Shown: one piece after another, positions 54,385 to 63,206 of the stretch
How the letters are laid out: each line of letters opens with the position of its first letter
Numbering within the stretch: position 1 is the stretch's first letter
From: Pseudomonadota bacterium
GTDB taxonomy: Archaea > Thermoplasmatota > SW-10-69-26 > JACQPN01 > JAJPHT01
Direction: 5' to 3'
Length of the DNA stretch: 64,000 bases
NCBI GenBank assembly: GCA_021325135.1
Contig: JAJPHT010000030.1
Coordinates: 96,001 to 160,000 of the forward strand
The notes under the pieces: generated by a model
Seen by the model: the letters and a program-made list of their open reading frames with translations, nothing else
Databases searched by the model: none
What the model was told of the DNA's origin: nothing
Program-made: the position numbers and the translations under genes

Positions 54385-55644
54385 TCAGTCTTCCTCAGGA
54401 CTTGCGACGAGGTCGTCGTCGGGGCGTTCGTGGGTGAGCAGCTTTGCGATCTCTCCGCTCTTGCGGAGTTCTTCGACGACGAGGCGTTCGAGGAGGACTT
54501 CGAGCCCGGGCGCCTTGGCCAGATCGAGGGTCAGCACGCGTCCGTCATGCAGCTCGGCTTCCGCGACGAAGCGAGCCACGACTCCGCGAGCCGCCTGGAT
54601 CTCCTCGAGCGTGACCAATTCGACATCGGTGTGAGCAGCCCGGGGCACGATGGGGGGCCCTTCGGCCTCATGCGGGAGCTCATGGCGGGCTTGAGCGAGG
54701 CTCCGCTTGGTGGCCCGGGGCGGCGTGGCCTGCCGCGTGAGGTCGTGCAGGAGGCTCTTCAGCCGTGCGTAGCCCGTCACATCGGCGGCGTCGAGCGCCA
54801 TGAGTTCGTCGCGCAGGTCCTCGCGCTTGAGCCGCTCGCACGCCTCGATGAGGTTCTTGCGTTCCTCTTCGGGAATGCAAGAGGGGGGCTCGGGGGTTGG
54901 GGCGGCGCGCAGTTCGTCCAGGAGTGATTCGTGGTGGGCGTGGTCGATGCGCTTGCGGACTTCAATGGCCCGATCCTCGGCGGGGAGCTCCAAGAGGTGG
55001 GGGTCTTTGCGGACGGCGGCCACCGCATCCACTTGGTCACGCTGGGAGCTGAAGGCCTGGGCCAGGCGGCTGACTTCCCGGCGTGTCTCATCCTCATCGA
55101 AGCCTTGCGCGATCCGCTCGGCGGCCTTTTGCGTCAGGCGGCCTTCGCCCACCGCTTCAGTGACGTCCTCGGGAAGGCTGCTTTGGGCGAGCCATGCACT
55201 CACGCGGCTCGGGCTCGCGTGAAGTTCGAGGGCGACGGCGGCCCGGGTCGGGAAGCGCTTGGGGTCCTCCTTGAGGAGGAAGCGAACGAGGTCGGCCAGG
55301 TCGGCGGGGTTGAGGTCGTCGTGCAGGAGGTTGACCTTCGCGCTGAAGACCGCGACTTCGAGGCCACTCTTGAGGCTGTGGACCTTCTCGCAGGGAACGC
55401 GCTCGCGCCCGGCTTCGAGGGCCGCGAGAAGCCGTCGCTGTCCATCGACGACTTCCCACATCGGGCGCTGTGTGCCCTCGACGTTGAGGACGCGGTCGGT
55501 CTTGCGGATCTTCAAGGGGTCACGGACGCCTTCGACGCGGATGTCCTCGACGAAGGCTTTCCAGTCGGATGGGTCGCGCTTGAGTCGCTTTCGGACGTGT
55601 TGGGGACTTACGAAGAGCTGGGCCGTTGGGATGCTCTCGCTCAT
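54385..55644 (-). CDS. parB: ParB/RepB/Spo0J family protein
   Basis: ParB/Srx N-domain (DIRVEGVRDPLKIR..EVVDGQRRLLAA), NLLHDDLNPAD, then HTH (TRAAVALELHASPSRVSAWL); AGGAGTGA SD. Confidence 0.88.
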   Translation of the reverse strand: MSESIPTAQLFVSPQHVRKRLKRDPSDWKAFVEDIRVEGVRDPLKIRKTDRVLNVEGTQRPMWEVVDGQRRLLAALEAGRERVPCEKVHSLKSGLEVAVFSAKVNLLHDDLNPADLADLVRFLLKEDPKRFPTRAAVALELHASPSRVSAWLAQSSLPEDVTEAVGEGRLTQKAAERIAQGFDEDETRREVSRLAQAFSSQRDQVDAVAAVRKDPHLLELPAEDRAIEVRKRIDHAHHESLLDELRAAPTPEPPSCIPEEERKNLIEACERLKREDLRDELMALDAADVTGYARLKSLLHDLTRQATPPRATKRSLAQARHELPHEAEGPPIVPRAAHTDVELVTLEEIQAARGVVARFVAEAELHDGRVLTLDLAKAPGLEVLLERLVVEELRKSGEIAKLLTHERPDDDLVASPEED

Positions 55645-55648
55645 GGTG

Positions 55649-56680
55649 TCACTCCTGGGGTTCAGCCTCCCTCCTCGTTCCGCAATCCGCCTTGGGAGGC
55701 GGTCCTGCTTCTGCGGACGCGTTCACGTTGCGCGGGACCGGAGCCGCTTCTGCCCTCGGGTGCCCACGGTCTTCGGAGGCGCCGCAATGGGGCCTGGGCC
55801 CTTGGCAGGGCCCAAGCTGGAGTCGGTGGGGGCAGAGGCATGATCCGGCCTCGTTCGTCGTGGCTCCCACGCGCTCGTCACCGAGCAGCGGAGAGCCTTC
55901 CACCTCGTGGGGAACTTGAGGGGTCATAAGCTCTTCGTGGCGAGCCGCGGCGTCTCCCCTGAGGTTCGCGGCGACCCGGGTGTTTCCAGTGCATTCGGCT
56001 GGCCGGATTGGGCACGATCCGCATTCGGCTGGCCGAATCGGCTGGCCCGAAGAAGGAGGAGAAACCGGGGGCGGTGCCGCTGATGGGATGCACGCGGCCC
56101 CCGGGGACTGCCGGCACTGGGATGCACCTGCAGTGGAAGACCGGAGCAGGGACATCGGCGATAAGGACTTGGGACGTTGCGACTGCGACCGCTCCATCCA
56201 TTGCCGCGCCAGAACGCACCCGCGCCGGAAAAGGGGGCACGGAGCGCCGCTCACCAGCGCCGTCGCGCACGGCCGCGCTTCGGCGCGCAGTCGAAGGCGC
56301 CCCCCGGGCAAGCGTTCCACCAGCGTGGAGCGGGCGATGACGTTGAACGCCCACCGGTCCCCCGGCGCCGCGCCGACGCCTTCGCAGACGTTCGCGAAGC
56401 TCGCTCCTTGCTCGCCGATGCCAGGGGCTGTCAAAGCAGCAAGGTAGGCCTTCGCTCGCCCTTTGAAGAGCAGGGCATGGGCACGCTGGAGCGGACAGAC
56501 AACTCCACATCCAGCCTTCCAGTACCCGATCCGCCGGCCAAGACGTTGGCAGACGATCAGCCCGCGCTTCTCGAGCGTCTGCAAGGCATACGCCGCCGTG
56601 CCCTGGGGGACCCCGGCCATCTCGCGAAGGGCCGCAGGAGTCGATGCCGGATGCGCCTCGATGAGGCTCAACAGGCGCAT
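55649..56680 (-). CDS. Winged-helix regulator (COG3398-like) with a probably non-functional C-terminal extension
   Basis: MRLLSLIEAHPASTPAALREMAGVPQGTAAYALQTLEKRGLI resembles 7456-8001. The sequence is protein-like only to about 56200. Confidence 0.6.
   Translation of the reverse strand: MRLLSLIEAHPASTPAALREMAGVPQGTAAYALQTLEKRGLIVCQRLGRRIGYWKAGCGVVCPLQRAHALLFKGRAKAYLAALTAPGIGEQGASFANVCEGVGAAPGDRWAFNVIARSTLVERLPGGRLRLRAEARPCATALVSGAPCPLFRRGCVLARQWMERSQSQRPKSLSPMSLLRSSTAGASQCRQSPGAACIPSAAPPPVSPPSSGQPIRPAECGSCPIRPAECTGNTRVAANLRGDAAARHEELMTPQVPHEVEGSPLLGDERVGATTNEAGSCLCPHRLQLGPCQGPRPHCGASEDRGHPRAEAAPVPRNVNASAEAGPPPKADCGTRREAEPQE
55991..56048. repeat. Direct repeats GCATTCGGCTGGCCG x2 (30-bp spacing) plus a partial third copy
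   Basis: Copies at 55991-56005 and 56021-56035; TCGGCTGGCC again at 56038-56047. Confidence 0.8.
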
Positions 56681-56699
56681 CTCGGTCGTGCTCAAAGCC

Positions 56700-57347
56700 T
56701 CACGACGCAGCGTTTCCCACCCCCCGAACGAAGGTCTTCTGGACGGCGTAGACGCGGTATCCAGCCTCCTTCCAAGACGAGAGGAAACCGCGGATGGCAA
56801 ACTTGTGAGCCACCTCCGCGAGCTTCTGGATGGTGCGACGGTCGTTCCCCGCCCCCACGTCACGGAGCCGAAACGGCGGATCGTAGACCCGCCGCGACTC
56901 GAGAAAGCGAGAGAACTGCTCTTCGAGGTCTTGGGCACCGCGTTTCAACTCGTCGAGGCTGCTGGGCTCATCGCCCTTCCTCCAAGCCGCGATCGTGACC
57001 AGGTGGTGCTTTGGAAGAAGCGAGCCCAACAGCGTGCTCAACGCGCGCCGATCCCCCGTGAGAGTTACCTGGACGAGGTCGAGAGGATCAAACGAGGGCG
57101 AGACTTCGGCCAGGAGCTTCGGAGCAACCCGCACGCGGCCTCCTGGAATCCAGACCTGGAGGAGCAACGAGCGGATGCCGGCTGCCGACGCCAAGGCCCA
57201 GAGCGAAGCCTCCACGTCGTCGTGGGAACCCACCCGCGCGACGTGCCGGTCGACCAGAGACGCAACGGCGCAACGACCCGAGAGAAGCCACGGGTCCTCT
57301 CGCGTTCCGCTGCCTCGAATCTTCATTGAGATTGTCGTCGCTTCCAT
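56700..57347 (-). CDS. Hypothetical protein
   Basis: 215-aa globular-looking ORF from ATG 57347, co-oriented with its neighbours; no motif recognised. Confidence 0.5.
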   Translation of the reverse strand: MEATTISMKIRGSGTREDPWLLSGRCAVASLVDRHVARVGSHDDVEASLWALASAAGIRSLLLQVWIPGGRVRVAPKLLAEVSPSFDPLDLVQVTLTGDRRALSTLLGSLLPKHHLVTIAAWRKGDEPSSLDELKRGAQDLEEQFSRFLESRRVYDPPFRLRDVGAGNDRRTIQKLAEVAHKFAIRGFLSSWKEAGYRVYAVQKTFVRGVGNAAS

Positions 57348-57648
57348 GGGGGCCACTCTCGCCTGGCCCTCCACGCGTCCTGTCAACGACCGCGCGCCTC
57401 CCCCTCCATGAAGGTTTGGCACACCGCGCCTCAGACCGCGCAAACGGTGCCGTTGACTCCCACGCCGAAAGGAATATTGCGGACACATGCGACACGGCCC
57501 GCGTCGCCGATCGGTGATGGACAGCGCCGAACTCCGACGCAACAAGGCCCAGGAGCACGCCCAGCATGCGCTCAGATCCGAGAATGCGAACCCCCACCCG
57601 CGACGCAGACCGCCGCCTCACCATGAAACCGGCGTTCAGGATGGCGCC

Positions 57649-57888
57649 ATGACAGACGCTCTCCCCAGCGACGCGCGCTCGTACTACAAACGCCTCTCGC
57701 TGCGACTCCAAGATGCGATGTCGCTTCGGGGAGACAGCCGGCCCATCGGTGTGGGTCAAATGGTCCGCCTCATGGCGCTCTATGATCAGCGCTTGCCCCT
57801 CACGGGAGCGGATGCCCTCACCGCGAAGCGCCTGGACGTTCTCCGCGAGATCCTCGCGAGCGACCGACTCACCCCCATCACGAGGTAA
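57649..57888 (+). CDS. Small hypothetical helical protein
   Basis: MTDALPSDARSYYKRL.. (79 aa) is the protein-like part of ORF 57487..57888. Confidence 0.4.
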   Translation: MTDALPSDARSYYKRLSLRLQDAMSLRGDSRPIGVGQMVRLMALYDQRLPLTGADALTAKRLDVLREILASDRLTPITR

Positions 57889-57893
57889 AGCTC

Positions 57894-58028
57894 ATGGCTC
57901 CAGATCAGGCCAGCATCGTTCGAGCGCTTCGCAGCCTCGTCTTCACCGACAAGCTTCTCAAGATCGAGGACGCGTGGCGCTACCTCGACCTGCTTGGACT
58001 TCCCCGAGATGCTCTCGACGACAAGTGA
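57894..58028 (+). CDS. 44-aa small protein (below the ORF track cutoff)
   Basis: ATG 57894 to TGA 58028, MAPDQASIVRALRSLVFTDKLLKIEDAWRYLDLLGLPRDALDDK; GAGGT SD upstream; 5 nt after the previous stop. Confidence 0.5.
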   Translation: MAPDQASIVRALRSLVFTDKLLKIEDAWRYLDLLGLPRDALDDK

Positions 58029-58269
58029 GCAATACGCCCATTCGGAGTCGAATCCCCGCCATCACGTCGCTCTCGCGCTCGTGAGTCCCGCCAGATACGA
58101 TCGCGTTTGAGGAAGACGGGCAGAGACAGCATCCCGCCCGGCGTCGGCGAGGCCGCAGCGCTTCGGCATGCAGCAGATTCCGAACCCGTGGTCGTCACGA
58201 ATCAGGATTTCGCGAGCGTCGTCCGGGGCGAGCGAGTGGACCGCGACCCGCTTGGGCCGGCGCCCGCGC

Positions 58270-59862
58270 TTATGCGGAGGCCGGCCCGCCCGCGCGTAAG
58301 ACCTGGATGGCCTGCTTGTATCTGGTCGTGAGGTCGTCCTTGGCGAACTCACGTCCATCGCTGCGCGATTCGGGATCGGGAGCGAGTTCGAAGACCTCTT
58401 GCGGCCTTGAGATGCGCAGGGCGAAGAGGAGGGCGGCCGCGACGCGCCGCGGGATGAAAAAGCGCTCGCGACTGCTGACAAGCTCCACAGAGGAGGCCTG
58501 CACGAGCCGCCGCCTTGAGGCCGACATGCGGTCGATCTCCGAGAGGAGCGTCGTCTCGTGCATCAAGGACTCGCCGACCTTGCCGCCCCCCATGCGCGGC
58601 GCGTTGGGCAGCGGCATGAACCCCAAGATGGGGACGAACTCGTGGTACTTCTGCCGCACCTCCTCCGGCTTCGGCCTGAAGTATTTCTTCCTGGCGTCCT
58701 TCAAGAGGTCGCCGCGAAAGTGCTTGCTCCAGTTGTCCGGAACATCGTGCATCTCGCACACCTGCTCGCCGAAGTGCCGCTGGCAGTGGCACGTCCAGAC
58801 GCGAAGCGGGTCACGCAGATCCTTCTCCGTCATGAGCCCAAGGCGCAGGCAGTCGTCCGTGAACAAGGTCCGGTACATCTGGCCCTGCACGAGCGGCGTC
58901 CCGCGGTCGCTGAGCCACAACGTGGAGTAGAGCGGCACGCCGTCCTTGTCGCGGCGGACCTTGCTCTCCCACCACGCGAGGTGCTGCTCCAAGATCGGGC
59001 GGAGCTCAGCATCGATCACGCTCCAGCGGTTCCCCTTGCGCTTCTCCCGCATCCGCTCCCCGTTCGGCTTCGTCTTGAACGGGATGTACACCATGTCCCC
59101 GCCCTCGTCGAAGGCCTTAACGTGTGGGTGCTTCCGGAAGCCCTCCTCGAAGCCCCGAGGCATCGGCAAGCCCTTCGGCATCGGGAGACCGAAGCTCGCG
59201 TAGCGGTCGAGCAGGAACATCTCGTTGGGCCGGAACCACCACTTCGCCGAGCATGCGTAGAACGCCCGCCGCTGCGCGTGCGCCGTCTCGTTGACGAGCC
59301 GCACCTGCTCCTCCACGGTCGGGTTGCGGCGCCGTTCCGAATCGTCCGGGTCGATGGGATCCTCTTCCCAGAACTCGGAAACGACATCCGCCATGATATT
59401 GAAGGGGACCGCTCCGATCTTGGCGAGGAACTTGAAGAACTTGCTCAACGCGTTGACGCGGTGCGAGACCATGGGCTTCGTGAAAAGGGGGCACCCCTGG
59501 CAGTTCTCGCGGGCCGCGACCGCGGCCGGCTTCGATCCCAGCCAGACTTGGCGGCGGCATACCGCATGCTCCTCGATGAACGGCATCGGGCGGAAGCTGC
59601 CGCAGTAGTTCGCCTCGACGAAGTGCAGATGCGCCCAGATGTCGGCCTTCGTCCAGTTCCGGAGCGGAATCTCCTCGCCATCAGGTTTCCGCATGTAGTT
59701 GAGCGCGTCCCGGATGCTGCACAGGTACCCTGTCAGGGTTGGCTTTGCGAGGTGCACGGTCCGGCTGAACGTATCCAGCAACTCAGCGTTGGTCACGTTG
59801 TTGCGGACGCCCGGCCGCACAGGGACGATCTCGACGCGTTGCCGAAGGCGCGGGTCGATCAC
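58270..59862 (-). CDS. int: Tyrosine recombinase/integrase, archaeal RGD (SNJ2-like) type
   Basis: Catalytic set: R (WFRPNE), HxxR (HCQRH), FRGD and Tyr (KKY). N-terminal SAM-like domain (TLTGYL..IR; NALSKFFKFL). GTG start overlaps the upstream TGA. Confidence 0.9.
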   Translation of the reverse strand: MIDPRLRQRVEIVPVRPGVRNNVTNAELLDTFSRTVHLAKPTLTGYLCSIRDALNYMRKPDGEEIPLRNWTKADIWAHLHFVEANYCGSFRPMPFIEEHAVCRRQVWLGSKPAAVAARENCQGCPLFTKPMVSHRVNALSKFFKFLAKIGAVPFNIMADVVSEFWEEDPIDPDDSERRRNPTVEEQVRLVNETAHAQRRAFYACSAKWWFRPNEMFLLDRYASFGLPMPKGLPMPRGFEEGFRKHPHVKAFDEGGDMVYIPFKTKPNGERMREKRKGNRWSVIDAELRPILEQHLAWWESKVRRDKDGVPLYSTLWLSDRGTPLVQGQMYRTLFTDDCLRLGLMTEKDLRDPLRVWTCHCQRHFGEQVCEMHDVPDNWSKHFRGDLLKDARKKYFRPKPEEVRQKYHEFVPILGFMPLPNAPRMGGGKVGESLMHETTLLSEIDRMSASRRRLVQASSVELVSSRERFFIPRRVAAALLFALRISRPQEVFELAPDPESRSDGREFAKDDLTTRYKQAIQVLRAGGPASA

Positions 59863-60236
59863 GCTTGCACCTCCTGCTGGAGGAACCGGGCCACGACCTC
59901 CGCCCCGGTTGGGAGGCCGTGCAACAGGACGATCAGCTTCTCGCGCTGCTCCTGGAGCCGCCGGTTCTGCTTCCGGTACTCCTCCGTCTCCTCGCGTGCC
60001 GTCTCCAGCCACCGCCGCAGCCGCTCGACCTCTTGCTTCAGGCTCTCAACGTACTCCGGCGGGAACACCGACCCACTGATCGCGTTCGCGACCATCTGGA
60101 CCACCCACGCGCTGAAGTCCGACCCGAAACCGGCCAGCCGCGCCTGCTCCTTCCGCGCGCGCAGGTCCATCAGCGTGGGCCAATAGACCGTCGAGGAGCG
60201 ATCCCGCCGTTCCTTCCAATACTCGGACGCTGCCAT
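59859..60236 (-). CDS. RHH-like plus coiled-coil integrase accessory/regulatory protein
   Basis: STVYWPT..KEQARLAG..FSAWVVQMV ribbon-helix-helix pattern, then a heptad coiled coil; GGTGA SD; coupled to the integrase. Confidence 0.75.
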   Translation of the reverse strand: MAASEYWKERRDRSSTVYWPTLMDLRARKEQARLAGFGSDFSAWVVQMVANAISGSVFPPEYVESLKQEVERLRRWLETAREETEEYRKQNRRLQEQREKLIVLLHGLPTGAEVVARFLQQEVQA

Positions 60237-60246
60237 GTGCGAATCA

Positions 60247-60366
60247 CCATCGTGTCTGCTTCACACGAGATGGGCATTCCCACGCCGGCCCGACAAGCCC
60301 GACCGGCTCGACGGGCCGAACGCCCGCCCCCAATCCAGCTAGCCCGTAGGCGTACGGGAGCTAGCT
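60247..60366. promoter_or_regulatory. Structured leader of the integrase operon: two bulged inverted repeats and four 9-bp-spaced direct repeats
   Basis: CCAT-CGTGT-7nt-ACACG-AG-ATGG (60247-60273); GCCCGAC/GCCCGAC/GCTCGAC/GCCGAAC at 60288, 60297, 60306, 60315; AGCTAG-CCCGTA-4nt-TACGGG-AG-CTAGCT (60337-60366). Confidence 0.55.
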
Positions 60367-60704
60367 ACTTTGCTTCACTTGGGAAGAAGTAAGGCGCGGG
60401 AACTGGCTCCTCCGTGCAGGCAACGTGGGGCTTCCGACCAGGTAGCCCTGCGCGCACCCGTTTTGTCGCGTTCTCTTGGCGTTTCCGCCTCCCGTTTTCT
60501 GCTGAGGTTTTCGGCTCGGGCGTTCCCCGCCCAGATCGTCGCGCCGATTCGGCTCGACGCCGCGCGCGCTCGGGCGGGAGCAGAGCCTGGTCGAGAAGGT
60601 CGGCCCTCTTGAGCACGGTCCTCGCCGCGGTCGCGACGCAAGGTTTCAACGACGCGACCAAGGGGTTGATGTCTTCCACGCTTTCTGCCGGCGCGCCTGT
60701 TGGC

Positions 60705-61052
60705 ATGGAGAGGCTTCCCTTGAAGACAACCGCCCTCACGCTCGCGTTCACCCTGCTCGCCCTCGCCACGCTCGCGCCGCTCGCTGCCGCGGGGCCCCTT
60801 GACGCCGTTGCCACGCCGCCCCTGCCCAGCGTCCGCGCCGGCGCGTCCTTCTCGGAGGGGCAGCTCGCCTACCACGTCGCGGTCGGTGACAACGGGGCCA
60901 CGGGCTCCGGGCCCTCCCTCGATCTGCCCCCGGGCAAGTATTTCGCGGATTGCGTCGGCGGCAAGCTCTACATCTACAACGTCATCGGCGTGCTCGTGGG
61001 CCGCGGCGCGTGCGATGGAACGTGGTTCGAGGCCTTCATCGTCACGGCTTGA
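60705..61052 (+). CDS. Small secreted protein
   Basis: Signal peptide ending AAA-G, followed by a beta-rich domain with 2 Cys. Confidence 0.7.
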   Translation: MERLPLKTTALTLAFTLLALATLAPLAAAGPLDAVATPPLPSVRAGASFSEGQLAYHVAVGDNGATGSGPSLDLPPGKYFADCVGGKLYIYNVIGVLVGRGACDGTWFEAFIVTA

Positions 61053-61251
61053 AGCAAGGACGGGGCTCGGATTGACTCGCTCGGGGGTGCGGGCGATGCT
61101 GCGGCGCTCCCGGCGGGCGTGCGCGTCCGACCCCGTCGTCGGGTCGGCCCACGGATTCTTCTCGCTCCCGGGCAGCGCCCAAGCCACGCGCCCCGCCCGC
61201 ATGCCCGGTGGCCAAAACGCTGTTGCATGCTCCACCCTGCTGCGGACCTGC

Positions 61252-61722
61252 ATGGCCTACTCTCCGACCCAGAACGCGAACGTCAGGACCGGCAATGCGA
61301 CGGCGGACGAGAACCTCAAGACGTTCGATCGTCTCGACTTCGAGTCCTGGAACACGAGGGACATGGACGTCTTCGAGGAGATCCACGCGCCCGGCGTCAT
61401 CGTCCATTATCCCGACGGGACGAAGACGGAAGGCTACGACGCGCACGCGAAGTGGGCGCAGGGGTTCTTCGCCGCCTTCGACTCGAAGATCCTCACGCAC
61501 CCCATCAAGACCGCGACGGGGGATTGGACGAGCGTCGTGGGCGAGATGGAGGTCACCTTCGCGCGGCCCATGAAGACGCCCGACGGCAGGACCCTCCAGC
61601 CCACGAGAAAGACGTGGAAGGGCCGGATGTGCACGGTCGCGCGCTGGAAGGAGGGCCGCATCGAGGAGGAGATCCTCTTCTGGGACAACGCGGCGCTCTT
61701 CAAGGCCGTCGGCCTGGCGTAG
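61252..61722 (+). CDS. SnoaL-like/ester cyclase family protein (NTF2 fold)
   Basis: ENLKTFDRLDF..WN, HAPGVIVHYPDG, CTVARWKEGRIEEEILFWD. Confidence 0.88.
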   Translation: MAYSPTQNANVRTGNATADENLKTFDRLDFESWNTRDMDVFEEIHAPGVIVHYPDGTKTEGYDAHAKWAQGFFAAFDSKILTHPIKTATGDWTSVVGEMEVTFARPMKTPDGRTLQPTRKTWKGRMCTVARWKEGRIEEEILFWDNAALFKAVGLA

Positions 61723-61932
61723 CCGGCTGGCCGTGCGCGCCGCGGCGATGACAAGGAGAGCCGCAAGGGGTCGACCGGTCCGGAGCTCGGGGATTGGCGG
61801 CCAAGCGGGGGAGGTGGGGACCGCCCTTGCGGCAGCTCGCACGGGCGGCGGAGGAGCAAAGCCCTGCCGGGGCCGCCTCGCGCCGGATGCGAGCCCTTCG
61901 GTTGCGCCGCGCACCTTGCGGGCTGCGCGGTG

Positions 61933-63153
61933 CTATCGCGGAAGGGGCGCGGCGTCGTGGCCCCCCGCGGGGAAGGGCGCGCGGCGCGCGACCCACCAGA
62001 GCCCCACGCTCGTCGCGAGGTCCGCGGCGAGGATCACGAGGAAGCAGTACGCAGGGAAGCGCTCGGTGCCCGGCACGCCCATGGCGACGGGGATGGCGGC
62101 GATGACGGCGGTGGCGAGGCCGCGGGGCATCATCGCGAGCAGCAGGCCGCGGGAGGGGGAGCGCCGCGCGGCGAGGCCGATGCCCACGACGCGGGCGAGG
62201 AGCAGCGCGGCGAGGAGGCCGAGGCCCGCGAGGGCGAAGCCGGGCGTCAGCACGGAGCGCGGGATGCTGAGGCCCAGGAAGACGAAGTAGATGCTGCGCA
62301 GGAGGAAGATCAGCTCGCTCTGGAGGCCGCGCGAGGCGGAGGGAAGAGGAGCGAGGTCGTCGATGCCGCCCAGGCGCATGAGGGCGGGCGCGTTGCCCAG
62401 CGTGAGGCCGAAGGCCAGCGCGGCGAGGTAGCCCGAGCCGCCGAGGCGCTGCGTGACGACGTAGGCGAGCAGGAGCGCGGCCAGCGTCACCATGTAGGCG
62501 TGCTTCTCGGGGCGCCAGCGGTGGAGGAGGCGCGCCCACGCGAGGCCCGCCAGGAGCCCGACGGCGGCGCCCACGGTAAAGCGCGCGGCGAGGAGGCCCA
62601 GCCCCTGCGCGGGCGAGCCGTGGGCGAGCATCATGCCCGCGACGGTGGTCACGACGACGGCGCTGAGGAGGTCGCCCAGGCTCGTCTCCACGGTGAGGAT
62701 GACGCGCGCCTCGGTGGGCGCGTTCACCTGCTGGAGGAGCGGGATCACGACGAGCATGCCCGTCGCGGCGACGGCGTAGCCGAAGAGGAGCGCCAGCGCG
62801 GGGGGGAGGCCCAGGAGGAGCCACGCGGCGCCGCCCACGAGGACGCCCGTGAGCGCCCAGGTGGTGAGCCCCATGCCCAGCGCCCGGTTGGCGTGCGCGC
62901 GGATGTCCTCCCAGGCCAGCTCCAGGCCGCCCTCGAAGAGGACGACCACCAGCGCGAGGGGCGAGAGGAAGGGGATCGCGGGCGCCAGGGGCCCCGGGTC
63001 GACGAGGCCCAGGACGGGGCCCGCCAGGATGCCCAGCGCGATGAGGAAGCTCACGTCGCTGACGCGGAAGCGCCGGAAGACGAGGTGCCCCGCGTAGCCG
63101 GCCGCCAGGGCTCCGCCCAGGAGGGTGATGAAGCCCAGGCTCGCGTCCGCCAC
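61933..63153 (-). CDS. Cation:proton antiporter (CPA1/NhaP-like)
   Basis: 12-13 TM segments; LFEGGLEL, VETSLGD, SGYLAA, FVFLG and MPRGLA motifs. Confidence 0.9.
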   Translation of the reverse strand: MADASLGFITLLGGALAAGYAGHLVFRRFRVSDVSFLIALGILAGPVLGLVDPGPLAPAIPFLSPLALVVVLFEGGLELAWEDIRAHANRALGMGLTTWALTGVLVGGAAWLLLGLPPALALLFGYAVAATGMLVVIPLLQQVNAPTEARVILTVETSLGDLLSAVVVTTVAGMMLAHGSPAQGLGLLAARFTVGAAVGLLAGLAWARLLHRWRPEKHAYMVTLAALLLAYVVTQRLGGSGYLAALAFGLTLGNAPALMRLGGIDDLAPLPSASRGLQSELIFLLRSIYFVFLGLSIPRSVLTPGFALAGLGLLAALLLARVVGIGLAARRSPSRGLLLAMMPRGLATAVIAAIPVAMGVPGTERFPAYCFLVILAADLATSVGLWWVARRAPFPAGGHDAAPLPR

Positions 63154-63206
63154 CCCGGCCCCTCTCTTGGCTCCCCCCTATGAACCCTGCCCCAGGGTCC
63201 CCCGGG

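Larger units (their letters stand above)
8800..60370. mobile_element. Putative integrated element; boundaries approximate, left end unresolved
   Basis: Integrase plus accessory gene at the right end, ParB and small DNA-binding genes, and a large co-oriented hypothetical operon. Housekeeping-type genes resume to the right. No att pair was identified. Confidence 0.6.

Noticed and set aside
58043-58064. GGAGTCGAATCCCCGCCA resembles a tRNA T-arm/3' end near the integrase (possible att remnant)
   Set aside because: Two mismatches in the conserved GTTC, the stem does not pair, and no cloverleaf forms upstream.
41195-60012. ORF-track N-terminal extensions (43393, 41888, 50788, 54367, 56938, 60012; also 39954)
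   Set aside because: They overlap upstream genes in another frame or lack an SD. Coupled or SD-supported downstream starts were used instead.
60380-60600. GC-rich intergenic region considered as tRNA, SRP RNA or RNase P RNA
   Set aside because: No TTCRA T-loop, SRP helix-8 motif or GAGGAAAGTCC found by eye. An Infernal/Rfam scan would settle it.
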